Below, in pieces: positions 1-10,428 of a stretch of 64,000 nt of DNA. A model generated the notes under the pieces. The model worked only from the letters and a program-made list of their open reading frames with translations, searched no databases and was not told the DNA's origin. Source of the DNA: an uncultured Bacteroidales bacterium (GTDB lineage Bacteria > Bacteroidota > Bacteroidia > Bacteroidales > UBA932); assembly GCA_944322805.1 (NCBI GenBank), contig CALUQC010000117.1, positions 169 through 64,168 on the forward strand. Reading direction: 5' to 3'. Numbering within the stretch: position 1 is the stretch's first letter; every line of letters begins with the position of its first letter. A program made the translations under genes and the position numbers.

Positions 1-36
1 CTTAGTCCTGAACAACATAAATTCGTCGAACTGACG

Positions 37-651
37 TTAAATTACACCCTTTTCCTTGAAAACTTCTATTATGGAGGGATAAGTCCTGTCCAAAAAGTCC
101 GGCAGGCTTGATTTCGCCACCCACGCCGCCTTGGTGATATCCTCTTCTTTCTGCGGTATCAGGTCGGTCGGAGCCGTGTAGAGCATGTCGAACCACCAGG
201 TATGTTTCAGGTGCCAGATTCCGTCTCTCCTGTAGCAGTGGTCCGTGATGCAGATAAGTTCCCTGCAAACGAGATCCTTTACGCCGGTCTCTTCCCGGAC
301 CTCCCTCAGGGAAGTGACCTTTATGTCCTCGCCTTCCTCCCTGTGCCCTTTCGGCAGATCCCAAAGGCCGTTCCTGTTTATCAGCAGAAAGTCTCCTCTC
401 CTGTTGGATACCAGCCCTCCTCCGGCATCCACCTGCCTGAACTCCGAACATATTTCCCTGTATGTGTCTTCCACATCGTCCGTGGGAATGAAGATTTTTC
501 CGAGAGAGCCGGACATCTCGAACATCTGCACCATCCCGCGTATTCCGCCTTTCCCTCCCATGCGGAACTGTATGGCGTTGGGGTCGGTCAATGCCTGCTC
601 GTAAGGCGGACAGATGATTATACATCTCTTTTCGAGGTATATCTTATACAT
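37..651 (-). CDS. NUDIX hydrolase
   Basis: Nudix box LPKGHREEGEDIKVTSLREVREETG; divergent from pyrE as is usual in Bacteroidales. Confidence 0.9.
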   Translation of the reverse strand: MYKIYLEKRCIIICPPYEQALTDPNAIQFRMGGKGGIRGMVQMFEMSGSLGKIFIPTDDVEDTYREICSEFRQVDAGGGLVSNRRGDFLLINRNGLWDLPKGHREEGEDIKVTSLREVREETGVKDLVCRELICITDHCYRRDGIWHLKHTWWFDMLYTAPTDLIPQKEEDITKAAWVAKSSLPDFLDRTYPSIIEVFKEKGVI

Positions 652-668
652 TTTATCTGTTTAATTAC

Positions 669-676
669 TATCTTTG
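669..676 (+). promoter_or_regulatory. Bacteroidetes sigma-A -7 element (TATCTTTG) for pyrE
   Basis: Matches TAnnTTTG about 60 bp upstream of pyrE; an opposite-strand TATATTTG at 716-723 would serve the NUDIX gene. Confidence 0.55.
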
Positions 677-738
677 TGCGATGCACCTGAAAACAGTCAG
701 GGAAAATTGCAGCGGCAAATATATTCAAAAAATATAAC

Positions 739-1377
739 ATGGAATCAAAGGAAATAACAGTGGCGAAATCACTGCTCGACATAAAGGCAGTGCTCTTGAG
801 TCCGGACAAGCCTTTTACATGGGCTTCCGGATGGCTTTCACCGATCTATTGCGATAACAGAAGGATATTGTCGTTCCCGGATATAAGGGAGAACGTATGC
901 CGCCTTATGGCCGATATCATAAGGGAGAAATATCCTCAGGCCGAAGTCATCGCCGGAGTGGCCACGGGAGCCATCGCCCACGGTATGCTCATAGCTTATT
1001 TTCTCGGAAAACCGTTCGTGTACGTGAGGCCGAAGCCGAAGGACCACGGTACCGGGTCCCAGATAGAGGGCATCCTCGAGAAAGGGGCGAAAGTCGTGGT
1101 GGTGGAAGACCTGATTTCGACAGGAAAGAGCAGCCTGTCTGCGGTGGATGCATTGAACAAGGCTTCGGCCGAGGTCCTCGGCATGGTAGCCATATTCTCC
1201 TATAATTTCAACCAGGCCAGGCGGGCTTTCGAGGTGGCTGACGTGGAGCTGACCACGCTGACCAACTATGACGCCCTCATAGATGTGGCCTGCCATACGG
1301 GTTATATAAAGGACTCCGACCTCGAATGTCTCAGGGAATGGCGTTTCTCTCCGTCTACATGGGGACAGAAAGAATGA
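739..1377 (+). CDS. pyrE: Orotate phosphoribosyltransferase
   Basis: FTWASGWLSPIYCDNR and PRPP-binding VVVVEDLISTGKS. Confidence 0.97.
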   Translation: MESKEITVAKSLLDIKAVLLSPDKPFTWASGWLSPIYCDNRRILSFPDIRENVCRLMADIIREKYPQAEVIAGVATGAIAHGMLIAYFLGKPFVYVRPKPKDHGTGSQIEGILEKGAKVVVVEDLISTGKSSLSAVDALNKASAEVLGMVAIFSYNFNQARRAFEVADVELTTLTNYDALIDVACHTGYIKDSDLECLREWRFSPSTWGQKE

Positions 1378-1381
1378 CCTT

Positions 1382-1834
1382 ATGGCTATGGAGATAAAAA
1401 GCAGGCATGCTGTCGTAAGCAGGCAGCCGTATGAACTTTACATGGCTTTCGTGGACATGCGGAATTTCATGCAGTTCCTTCCGGAAGACAAGCGGAAGGA
1501 AATAACTGCGGACTACGATTCCGTACACGGGAAGGTGCAGGGATTCGATATAGGTGTGAGGGTTTCGGAGCGGGTTCCGTATTCAAGGATAGATTTCAAG
1601 GATGACGGGGCTCCGTTCCAGTTTTCCCTGTCCATGTTTTTCGATCCGGCTGCGGAAGCCGGCAAGACGGATTTCCATATTGAATTTTCCGCCGAACTGA
1701 ATTTTATGATGAAAATGATGCTCGGCTCCAAACTGAAGGAGGCTTTGGACAAGGTCGTGACTTCCCTGGCCGATGCTTCGGAAGGAAAAATGCCAGAGGG
1801 TTTTGATCCGGCACAGTATGGCTTTTCAAAATGA
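1382..1834 (+). CDS. SRPBCC/polyketide cyclase-like protein
   Basis: 150 aa, follows pyrE, C-terminal ELNFMMKMMLGSKLKEALDK helix typical of this Bacteroidales family. Confidence 0.7.
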   Translation: MAMEIKSRHAVVSRQPYELYMAFVDMRNFMQFLPEDKRKEITADYDSVHGKVQGFDIGVRVSERVPYSRIDFKDDGAPFQFSLSMFFDPAAEAGKTDFHIEFSAELNFMMKMMLGSKLKEALDKVVTSLADASEGKMPEGFDPAQYGFSK

Positions 1835-3239
1835 CGCATTCATACGCTATCTGAACGGGGCGGTCGGGGAGGAAATGGCCCGGACCGTCCTGTCTGCGCT
1901 GGATGAGCCCCCGTCGGTGTCCGTGCGCAGGAATCCTTTCAAGGACAGGGCGGTATTCGGAATGTCGGAGCCTGTGCCGTGGTCAGAGTACGGAATGATG
2001 CTCGGGAAGAGGCCTGTTTTCACCCTCGATCCGTTCTTTCATGCAGGATGCTATTACGTACAGGATTCGTCGTCCATGTTTGTCGGATACATGCTGAGGC
2101 GGATTCTCGGAGACTTTTGTCATGGTAAAGGTCATGCGGTCCGGGTACTCGACCTGTGCGCAGCACCGGGCGGCAAGACGACGGACGCGGCCGCTTCCCT
2201 GAGGCAGGCTTCCGGTGATGCTTTCCTGCTGGTCGCCAATGAAGTGATAAGGGCGAGGGCATCGGTGCTTGCCGCCAATGTCGCCGTATGGGGCGATCCG
2301 AATGTGGTCGTGACGTCCGAGGATCCGTCCGGATTTTCAAGTATGGACGGCTATTTCGATATAATACTTGCGGACGTGCCGTGTTCGGGGGAGGGAATGT
2401 TCCGAAAGGATGAAAACGCTGTCAGGCAATGGTCCGAGGAGAATGTGGCGCATTGTGCGGCAAGGCAGCGTAGGATATTGTCCGACATCTGGCCCGCCTT
2501 GGCGGAGAACGGCATCCTGATTTATTCGACATGCACTTTCAACACGTACGAGAATGACGGCAATGTCACATGGGCGGCGGAAAATCTCGGGGCGGATGTC
2601 ATTTTCCCGGACAACATCGGTGAGCCTGTCCACAGGACCGGGTGCGGGTATTGCCTGCTGCCGGGCTTCGTGAAGGGCGAAGGGCAATATTGCGCCGTAC
2701 TGAGAAAAAGAGAAGGGATTCATGGTGCCTGCGGCAACGGGGCTTTGCACCGCCAGACGCACGGAAAACAGGCTGGCATGTCTTCCCGCCATCGCGTCCG
2801 CGGCGGTACGGACGATGTTGCACGGCATGCGGCCGCCGTGGCTGAAAACTGTTTCAGAACACCTGTCAAGGTGACTGCGAAGGGGGCTCTGATAAAGGCT
2901 GTTCCCGAAACGGTGGCCGGAGATGCGGCTTTCCTGGAAAGTTCGCTGAGAGTGATTGCGTCCGGATGCGCCGTGGGGACTGTCAAGGGAGGAGATTTGG
3001 TGCCTGACGCCGACTTGGCTTTGACCATCGGTCTGAAGGATGATGCTTTCCCGCGGGCCGAAGTGGATGCTGATACGGCTCTCCGTTTCTTGAGAAGGGA
3101 GTCTTTTGCATTGCCGGAAGCGGAGAAGGGGTATGTGCTGATCTGCCATGGAGGGGCGCCTTTGGGGTTTGTGAAGAATCTCGGCAGCAGGTGCAATAAC
3201 CTTCATCCGGCCGAACGCAGGATAAGGATGAATTTTTGA
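1818..3239 (+). CDS. RsmF/NOL1/NOP2 family rRNA m5C methyltransferase
   Basis: YYVQDSSSM, VLDLCAAPGGKT, DVPCSGEGMFRK, YSTCTFN and a C-terminal PUA-like region; start moved to ATG 1818. Confidence 0.92.
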   Translation: MAFQNDAFIRYLNGAVGEEMARTVLSALDEPPSVSVRRNPFKDRAVFGMSEPVPWSEYGMMLGKRPVFTLDPFFHAGCYYVQDSSSMFVGYMLRRILGDFCHGKGHAVRVLDLCAAPGGKTTDAAASLRQASGDAFLLVANEVIRARASVLAANVAVWGDPNVVVTSEDPSGFSSMDGYFDIILADVPCSGEGMFRKDENAVRQWSEENVAHCAARQRRILSDIWPALAENGILIYSTCTFNTYENDGNVTWAAENLGADVIFPDNIGEPVHRTGCGYCLLPGFVKGEGQYCAVLRKREGIHGACGNGALHRQTHGKQAGMSSRHRVRGGTDDVARHAAAVAENCFRTPVKVTAKGALIKAVPETVAGDAAFLESSLRVIASGCAVGTVKGGDLVPDADLALTIGLKDDAFPRAEVDADTALRFLRRESFALPEAEKGYVLICHGGAPLGFVKNLGSRCNNLHPAERRIRMNF

Positions 3240-3266
3240 AATTTTCAAACTACTTTCTATATTTTT

Positions 3267-4211
3267 ATGGAACTCAGAAAAACAGCGCCGGTATTTGCGG
3301 CATTAGGCCTGCTTTTGTCCGTGACGGCATTCGCGCAGACGCCGGAAGAATTGTCGGAGACATATTCGAAAAGATATGATCTTATCGTGTCCAAACTCGG
3401 CTATGACGGCGTAGGGGTGGAAACGGTCCTGAACCAGTGGGAAGGCGTTGACCCGCTGAATGAAAAACTGCTTTTGGCTAAGTTCAACTATTATTTTACG
3501 AAAGCCCAGACCACATCCGTTGTCGTAAAGCCGGAGAAAAAATATCTCGGCGCCGAGCCTCTGCTGTCGTTGAAGGACTCTACCGGTACGGACATATATT
3601 ATTTTCAGGAGGTGTCCTATGACGACTCCCTGTTTTCGAAGTCCATGTACTACCTTGACAAGGCTATTGCCGAACGTCCGCAGAGGATAGACCTGCGTTT
3701 CACCAAGGCGACTGCGCTGATGTCGTATGAGAAGGACAGTCCGGACATGGCGCTGTCTTATCTGCTGGGCATGGTGGACAAGAATGCCGGGGAGGACTGC
3801 GACTGGGAGTATCCGGGAGTCGAACTCGACAAAGGGTTTTTCGGACGCTCGATGCAGGAATATTGCTATGCGTTTTTTTCTTTGGGCACCCCGTCTGCCT
3901 ATGAGGCTTTCCGCACACTGTCGCAGAGAATGCTGCTGGTCGATCCGAAGGACCCGGTATTCATTACAAACCTCGGGACATATGATTTTATCGTGGCAAA
4001 GGATTATGCAAAAGCTCTGAAAAACTACAGAAAGGCCCTGAAAATCAGTCCGGGGGATTACAGCGCTCTGAAAAACATCATATTGCTGGCCCGGCAGATG
4101 AAAAATGAAAAATTAGAGAAAAAGTATCTGCCGGAATTTATCGGATGCGCCTCCGACCAGGAAAAAGCGGCTGCCGAAGCCCGTCTGAAATATCTGACAG
4201 AGGGCAAATAG
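3267..4211 (+). CDS. Exported TPR-repeat protein
   Basis: N-terminal signal peptide (AFA-Q) and TPR-like helices (YAKALKNYRKALKISPGD). Confidence 0.7.
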   Translation: MELRKTAPVFAALGLLLSVTAFAQTPEELSETYSKRYDLIVSKLGYDGVGVETVLNQWEGVDPLNEKLLLAKFNYYFTKAQTTSVVVKPEKKYLGAEPLLSLKDSTGTDIYYFQEVSYDDSLFSKSMYYLDKAIAERPQRIDLRFTKATALMSYEKDSPDMALSYLLGMVDKNAGEDCDWEYPGVELDKGFFGRSMQEYCYAFFSLGTPSAYEAFRTLSQRMLLVDPKDPVFITNLGTYDFIVAKDYAKALKNYRKALKISPGDYSALKNIILLARQMKNEKLEKKYLPEFIGCASDQEKAAAEARLKYLTEGK

Positions 4212-4225
4212 TACCCGGTTACGGG

Positions 4226-5197
4226 TTACTCCTGCCGCTTGCGCGCCTTGTACAGCTGCCAGGAGTTGAATATGTTGTGCCATATGCTGTAAAAGCCTCC
4301 GGCAATGGATGTGACCGGGGTCATGAAAGTGTAGCCCATCCATATTGCCACCACGGTGTTTTTCTGCCCGAGAGCCTGTCCTGCCGTGATGGTGGCCCCG
4401 TATCTTTTCCCTATCTTTTTCCCTGCCCAGAACTGGATGGCGCAGCAAAGGAGCGAAACCACCGCTATCCCCGCCTGGACAATGACGGGAGTGGTGCTGT
4501 GCACGATGGATCTCGTGGTCATCAGGATTGCGAGCATCAGGGATACGCCCCAAAGGTAGAATGCGACTTCCGTGTATCTCAGCAGCCAGATATGGAAGTG
4601 CGGCATGAGATATCTGACGAGAAACGCAAGCAGGCACGGGGCAATAAGCATCGGAAATACTTTCGCAAGAATCAGGCTTGATGCCGTGACGAATGAAATC
4701 CCTTCCGCCGGATGGACTATCGGGACCACGAGGGGAACGAGTACGGCCACGATTACGTTGATAAGGATGGTGTATGCCGTGATGCCGGAGATGTCCCCTC
4801 CCAGTTTCCCGGTGACGACGGCCGCCGCTGTGGCTGTCGGGCAGACAAGGCACAGCATCGCTCCCTCAAGGAGGACTTTCCAGCTTATGTCCGGCATGAG
4901 AATTTCCGCTATTGCGAACAGCAGGAAGCCTGCCGACTGGAACAGCAGGAGCCATGCGTGCCATTTTCTCGGCCTGAGTTCTCTCGGCTCGATCCGGCAG
5001 AACGAAAGGAATAGCATGACGAAAATCAGGGCAGGCTGCAGAAATCCTATTATCCGCATCAGCACCGGCCCCGCTGCCTCCAGCCCGGGTATACTGTCAT
5101 ATATAAGGTACAGCAATACCCCGGACACTATGGCAATCGGCAGGGTCCAGGCTTTGATGAATTCAATAATCCGGTTTTGTGTCGAGTGAAGATCCAT
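4226..5197 (-). CDS. Bile acid:sodium symporter (BASS/SBF) family transporter
   Basis: About 10 hydrophobic segments; CPTATAAAVVTGKLGG and GQALGQKNT motifs. Confidence 0.85.
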   Translation of the reverse strand: MDLHSTQNRIIEFIKAWTLPIAIVSGVLLYLIYDSIPGLEAAGPVLMRIIGFLQPALIFVMLFLSFCRIEPRELRPRKWHAWLLLFQSAGFLLFAIAEILMPDISWKVLLEGAMLCLVCPTATAAAVVTGKLGGDISGITAYTILINVIVAVLVPLVVPIVHPAEGISFVTASSLILAKVFPMLIAPCLLAFLVRYLMPHFHIWLLRYTEVAFYLWGVSLMLAILMTTRSIVHSTTPVIVQAGIAVVSLLCCAIQFWAGKKIGKRYGATITAGQALGQKNTVVAIWMGYTFMTPVTSIAGGFYSIWHNIFNSWQLYKARKRQE

Positions 5198-5208
5198 GAT
5201 TGCGTCTT

Positions 5209-6117
5209 TCAGACATCGAATTCGGCGAACATCGAGGTGCTGAGGTATTTCTCGGCGCGGTCGGGGAAGACTACTACGATGTTGCCTTTCTCTATGTGCT
5301 GTGCCGTCCTTGCTGCGGCGAGCATTGCCGCACCGCTGCTCATGCCGGCGAAAATTCCTTCTTCGGCAATGATTCTGCGGGCCATGGTGATGGCCTCTTC
5401 ACTTTCCACCATTTCCTGGACGTCGATGCGGGACGGATCGTAGATGGCGGGAACTATGGCTTCTTCCATGTTCTTGAGTCCCTGTATGTAATGGCCTCTG
5501 ACAGGATGGGCGCAGACTACCTTTATGTCCGGATTCATCACCTTCAGGAATTTGGACAGGCCCATTATCGTCCCGGATGTTCCGAGAGCGCATACCAGAT
5601 AGTCTATTTTCCCGCCGGCCTGCTGCCATATTTCCAGTGCGGTGGACTGATAGTGGGTCAGATAGTTGGCCGCGTTCTTGAACTGGTCCGGCATGAAGTA
5701 TTTGCCGGGATTTTCAGCCACCTTCCTGCGCGCCAGCCTGATGGCTCCGTCCGTACCTTCGTCTGCCGGGGTGAGCGTGACCGTGGCTCCGTAGGAGCGT
5801 ATGATTTTCCTCCGCTCCACCGATACGGCGCTGCTCATCACGATTTCCACGGAGTAGCCTTTTATGATGCCTATGACGGCCAGGCCGATGCCTGTATTGC
5901 CGGAGGTAGGCTCTATAATGGTCTGCCCCGGTTTCAGTCTCCCGTCGTTTTCAGCGTCTTCTATCATTTTCAGGGCTATCCTGTCCTTTATGCTTCCGGT
6001 GGGGTTGAATCCTTCGACTTTTGCGAAGATATTGACAGAAGGGTTGGGATTCAGTCTGTTGATTCTGACCATGGGCGTGTTCCCGATGGTCCCGAGAATA
6101 TTTTCCTTGATGTCCAT
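5209..6117 (-). CDS. Cysteine synthase (O-acetylserine sulfhydrylase family, PLP-dependent)
   Basis: IGNTPMV, NPTGSIKDR (PLP Lys), EPTSGNTG, GTSGT, PDRAEKYLST; CysK versus CysM not resolved. Confidence 0.92.
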   Translation of the reverse strand: MDIKENILGTIGNTPMVRINRLNPNPSVNIFAKVEGFNPTGSIKDRIALKMIEDAENDGRLKPGQTIIEPTSGNTGIGLAVIGIIKGYSVEIVMSSAVSVERRKIIRSYGATVTLTPADEGTDGAIRLARRKVAENPGKYFMPDQFKNAANYLTHYQSTALEIWQQAGGKIDYLVCALGTSGTIMGLSKFLKVMNPDIKVVCAHPVRGHYIQGLKNMEEAIVPAIYDPSRIDVQEMVESEEAITMARRIIAEEGIFAGMSSGAAMLAAARTAQHIEKGNIVVVFPDRAEKYLSTSMFAEFDV

Positions 6118-6261
6118 TGTTTTTTCGTTTTACGGGAAAGTTCGTTTTCCGTGCGAAGATACTGAATTTTTCTTATTTTTGTAAGATGACTTTTCCGTCC
6201 GCCCTGTATTCCCGGCTGACGGCCGTTGTAAATCTTTCTGTCGAATTAAAATTTCAGGACT

Positions 6262-7299
6262 ATGTCTCTCATATTGCCCGAAGGGTATGCAAACATACTC
6301 GAAAATGTGGAAAACACGGAAAAAGCGATAAAATACGTCAAGGACATGTTTCAGGAAAATCTCTCGGCGCAGCTTGCCCTGCTGAGGGTCACTGCTCCGA
6401 TGGTAGTGCTGTCCGGGACCGGTATCAATGACGATCTGAACAGTGTGGAACGGCCCGTGTCCTTCCCGATAAAGTCAATGGGGGAGAGGCCGGCGGAAGT
6501 CGTGCATTCCTTAGCCAAGTGGAAGAGGCTAAAACTGGCGGAGATGGGAGTGGGGCCGGGACGCGGCATCTATACGGACATGAATGCGTTGAGGCCGGAC
6601 GAGGAACTGGACAACCTGCACTCTCTCTACGTGGACCAGTGGGACTGGGAAAAGGTAATCCGCAGGGAGGACAGGAACGTACATTTCCTGAAAGCGGTCG
6701 TGCGGCGGATTTACGAGGCGATTAAGGTGACGGAGAACAAGGTGTTCGTGGAGTTTCCGCAGATAGAGCCTATGCTGCCGGAGGATATATTCTTCATTCA
6801 CTCCGAGGAGCTGCTGCAGCTTTATCCGGACCTGACTCCGAAGGAAAGGGAAAACGAGATAGTCCGCAAGCACAAGGCCGTCTTTGTCATAGGCATAGGC
6901 GCCGACCTTTCGGACGGGAAGCCTCATGACGGCAGGGCTGCCGACTATGATGACTGGAGTACGGTGGATTCATACGGCTTCAACGGACTGAACGGCGATA
7001 TCCTGCTTTGGAATCCGGTGCTCCGGAGCGCTTTCGAAGTGTCGAGCATGGGTATCCGTGTGGATGAGACCGCTTTGGAAAGGCAGCTGGCCATAAGGCA
7101 TCAGGAGTGGAAGAAAGACCTTTATTTCCATAGGAAACTGCTTGCAGGGGAGCTGCCTTACACTATCGGGGGCGGCATCGGGCAGTCGAGGCTGTGCATG
7201 TATCTGCTCCGTAAGGCGCATATCGGCGAGATTCAGAGCAGCATATGGCCTGAAGACATGGTGTCCGCATGCCGGGAGCACGGAATCGAAATCGTGTAA
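6262..7299 (+). CDS. asnA: Aspartate--ammonia ligase
   Basis: EVVHSLAKWKR, YVDQWDWE, TIGGGIGQSR. Confidence 0.97.
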   Translation: MSLILPEGYANILENVENTEKAIKYVKDMFQENLSAQLALLRVTAPMVVLSGTGINDDLNSVERPVSFPIKSMGERPAEVVHSLAKWKRLKLAEMGVGPGRGIYTDMNALRPDEELDNLHSLYVDQWDWEKVIRREDRNVHFLKAVVRRIYEAIKVTENKVFVEFPQIEPMLPEDIFFIHSEELLQLYPDLTPKERENEIVRKHKAVFVIGIGADLSDGKPHDGRAADYDDWSTVDSYGFNGLNGDILLWNPVLRSAFEVSSMGIRVDETALERQLAIRHQEWKKDLYFHRKLLAGELPYTIGGGIGQSRLCMYLLRKAHIGEIQSSIWPEDMVSACREHGIEIV

Positions 7300-7442
7300 A
7301 GCTACCTGCGCACCCTTTTCCATGCGCCGGCCACGTATATGACTCCAATCGTGAGCGTTGTCAGCAGTTCGGAGAAACATAACGCAAGCCAGATTCCGTG
7401 AGTTCCTGCCGCCTTCGGTTACACATTTGTCCGATGAAAAAA

Positions 7443-7480
7443 CGGATAAGGTGATTGGTTTTACCCAGTCATCTTATCCG
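7443..7480. repeat. Intergenic inverted repeat (16-bp stem including two G-U pairs)
   Basis: CGGATAAGGTGATTGG-ttttac-CCAGTCATCTTATCCG. Confidence 0.7.
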
Positions 7481-7569
7481 GCACCTTATTTCTGCCTCCG
7501 ATGAGGATTGCAAAACTTTCTTATCCGAATTTCCGCTGCATGCGACCTTTTCCGAATCTGATAAAATGT

Positions 7570-7577
7570 TATCTTTG
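7570..7577 (+). promoter_or_regulatory. -7 promoter element (TATCTTTG) for prfB
   Basis: TAnnTTTG about 20 bp before ATG 7597; supports that start codon. Confidence 0.55.
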
Positions 7578-7596
7578 CAGAATTAAAATCGGAAGG

Positions 7597-8715
7597 ATGA
7601 TAACATCAGAGCAGATAAAGGAATTGAAGCAGCGCGTAGACACGCTGCACAGATGTCTTGACATAGAAAGGAAACGGCAGGAAGTCGAAGAAAAGCAGAA
7701 AAAGACGCTGGAGGCGGATTTCTGGGATGATCCGAAAGCTGCGGAAAAATACCTGAAGGAGCTTTCCGGCGTGAAATCATGGGTCACCGGCTATGATGAG
7801 GCGGCTTCGGCAGTGGCTGATCTGGACGTGCTGTACGAGTTCGCAAAGGAAAGCGCAGACGTGTCGGCCGAGGATATGGAGACAGACGAAATTAAGGAAC
7901 TGGCTGCGGGATACGGCGAGGCTGCCAAAATAGTCGAGAGTCTGGAATTGAAAAACATGCTTGGAGAGGAGGGTGACAATCTCGGGGCCATACTGACCAT
8001 AAATTCCGGAGCCGGGGGCACGGAGGCCAATGACTGGTCTTCCATGCTGATGCGGATGTACATGCGCTGGGGAGAAAGGACCGGCTACAAAGTGACTGTC
8101 ACCGACCTGCTCGAGGGGGAGGATGCCGGCATCAAGTCTGCTACCATACAGTTCGAGGGAGACTATGCGTTCGGATATCTGAAAGCGGAGAGCGGGGTGC
8201 ACAGGCTCGTGCGCATCTCGCCGTTCAATGCCCAGGGAAAGCGTCAGACCACGTTTTCGTCTGTTTTCGTATATCCGCTTGTGGATGATACCATAGAAAT
8301 AGAGATAAATCCTGCGGATCTGGAATGGGACACATACCGTTCGAGCGGAGCCGGAGGCCAGAATGTGAACAAGGTGGAGACCGGAGTCCGCGTAAGGCAT
8401 ATTCCTACGGGAATCGTGGTGGAGAATACGGAGACGAGGTCGCAGCTGGACAACAGGCAGAACGCGCTGCGCATCCTGAAATCCCGTCTGTATGACCTGG
8501 AACTGAAAAAGCGTCAGGAGAAGCAGGCGGAACTCGAAGGCCAGAAGAAAAAGATAGAATGGGGCTCGCAGATACGGAGCTATGTCCTGCATCCGTACAA
8601 GATGGTGAAGGATCTCAGGACCGGCTACGAGACTTCCGATACCCAGGGAGTGCTGGACGGCGACCTGAATGAATTCATGAAGGTTTATCTTATGGGCTCC
8701 GGCTCCGGGAAATGA
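7597..8715 (+). CDS. prfB: Peptide chain release factor 2 (single frame, no programmed frameshift)
   Basis: GVHRLVRISPF (SPF motif), GAGGQNVNK, WGSQIRSY; start moved to MITSEQ. Confidence 0.97.
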   Translation: MITSEQIKELKQRVDTLHRCLDIERKRQEVEEKQKKTLEADFWDDPKAAEKYLKELSGVKSWVTGYDEAASAVADLDVLYEFAKESADVSAEDMETDEIKELAAGYGEAAKIVESLELKNMLGEEGDNLGAILTINSGAGGTEANDWSSMLMRMYMRWGERTGYKVTVTDLLEGEDAGIKSATIQFEGDYAFGYLKAESGVHRLVRISPFNAQGKRQTTFSSVFVYPLVDDTIEIEINPADLEWDTYRSSGAGGQNVNKVETGVRVRHIPTGIVVENTETRSQLDNRQNALRILKSRLYDLELKKRQEKQAELEGQKKKIEWGSQIRSYVLHPYKMVKDLRTGYETSDTQGVLDGDLNEFMKVYLMGSGSGK

Positions 8716-8789
8716 GCTTGCTGCAGCAGGAATGACTTATTGCCCGGAAGGGCACCGAAAATCAAAATACAAACAAACTGTAGATAAAT

Positions 8790-10403
8790 ATGGAATTCAA
8801 GTATGCACCGATGTTTCAGCTCGGGGAAGACGAGACTGAATACTATCTCCTGACGAAAGACTATGTGTCAGTGGGTGAATTTGAAGGCAAACCGATTCTT
8901 AAAGTGGAGAAGGAAGGCCTGACGGCAATGGCGAATGCCGCTTTCAGGGATGTTTCCTTCATGTTGCGCCCGGCGCACAACGAACAGGTCGCGAAAATAC
9001 TTTCGGACCCGGAGGCGAGCGACAATGACAAATACGTGGCGCTGACTTTCCTCAGGAATGCCGAGGTAGCATGCAAGGGCAAGCTCCCGTTCTGCCAGGA
9101 TACGGGAACGGCTATCGTGCATGGAGAAAAGGGACAGCAGGTCTGGACGGGATATTGCGACGAAGAAGCGCTTTCCCTCGGTGTCTACAAGACTTATACG
9201 GAAGAGAATCTGCGTTATTCGCAGAATGCTCCGCTGTCCATGTACGAGGAAGTCAATACCAAGTGCAACCTTCCGGCGCAGATAGATATCGAGGCTACCG
9301 AAGGCATGGAATACAGATTCCTGTGTGTGACCAAGGGCGGCGGCTCTGCAAACAAGACCTATCTTTATCAGGAGACCAAGGCCATACTGAATCCTCAGAC
9401 ATTGGTGCCTTTCCTGGTGTCCAAGATGAAGACCCTGGGAACGGCGGCCTGCCCTCCGTACCACATCGCCTTCGTTATAGGCGGCACTTCCGCGGAGAAG
9501 AACCTGCTTACGGTGAAGCTGGCTTCCACACATTATTACGACAGCCTCCCGACTACCGGAGACGAGACCGGCAGGGCGTTCAGGGATGTGGCCCTGGAAC
9601 AGGAAGTGCTCGAAGCCGCCCACAAGATAGGCCTCGGGGCGCAGTTCGGAGGAAAATACTATGCCCATGACGTGCGCATCATCCGCCTGCCGAGACACGG
9701 GGCCAGCTGCCCGGTAGGCCTGGGCGTAAGCTGTTCCGCAGACAGGAATATAAAATGCAAGATTAACAGGGACGGCATATGGATCGAGAAACTGGATGAC
9801 AACCCGGGACGCCTGATTCCGGAGGAGCTCCGCCAGGCAGGTGAGGGGAATGCCGTGAAGATAAACCTCGACAGGCCGATGCCGGAAATCCTGAAAGAAC
9901 TGCACAAGTACCCTGTGTCGACACGACTGAGCCTCAACGGCACCATCATAGTGGCCAGGGACATCGCACATGCGAAGATCAAGGAGCGTTTGGACAGGGG
10001 AGAGGAGATGCCTCAGTATCTCAAGGATCATCCTGTATATTATGCGGGGCCGGCCAAGACTCCTGCCGGAATGCCTTGCGGCTCGATGGGCCCTACCACT
10101 GCCGGACGCATGGACCCTTACGTCGACCTGTTCCAGTCTCACGGCGGAAGCATGGTGATGCTGGCAAAGGGCAACAGAAGCCAGCAGGTGACGGATGCCT
10201 GCAAAAAGCACGGCGGATTCTATCTCGGCTCCATCGGAGGTCCTGCCGCCATCCTGGCCCAGAACAACATCAAGTCCATAGAGTGCGTGGAGTACCCTGA
10301 ACTCGGAATGGAGGCCATCTGGAAAATTCGTGTGGAAGATTTCCCTGCCTTCATCCTCGTGGATGACAAGGGAAATGATTTCTTCAGGAAATTCGGACTG
10401 TAG
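8790..10403 (+). CDS. Fumarate hydratase class I (Fe-S)
   Basis: [33 protein letters not shown]. Confidence 0.96.
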   Translation: MEFKYAPMFQLGEDETEYYLLTKDYVSVGEFEGKPILKVEKEGLTAMANAAFRDVSFMLRPAHNEQVAKILSDPEASDNDKYVALTFLRNAEVACKGKLPFCQDTGTAIVHGEKGQQVWTGYCDEEALSLGVYKTYTEENLRYSQNAPLSMYEEVNTKCNLPAQIDIEATEGMEYRFLCVTKGGGSANKTYLYQETKAILNPQTLVPFLVSKMKTLGTAACPPYHIAFVIGGTSAEKNLLTVKLASTHYYDSLPTTGDETGRAFRDVALEQEVLEAAHKIGLGAQFGGKYYAHDVRIIRLPRHGASCPVGLGVSCSADRNIKCKINRDGIWIEKLDDNPGRLIPEELRQAGEGNAVKINLDRPMPEILKELHKYPVSTRLSLNGTIIVARDIAHAKIKERLDRGEEMPQYLKDHPVYYAGPAKTPAGMPCGSMGPTTAGRMDPYVDLFQSHGGSMVMLAKGNRSQQVTDACKKHGGFYLGSIGGPAAILAQNNIKSIECVEYPELGMEAIWKIRVEDFPAFILVDDKGNDFFRKFGL

Positions 10404-10428
10404 TGACCTGGAAGAAGAATATCCTCTC

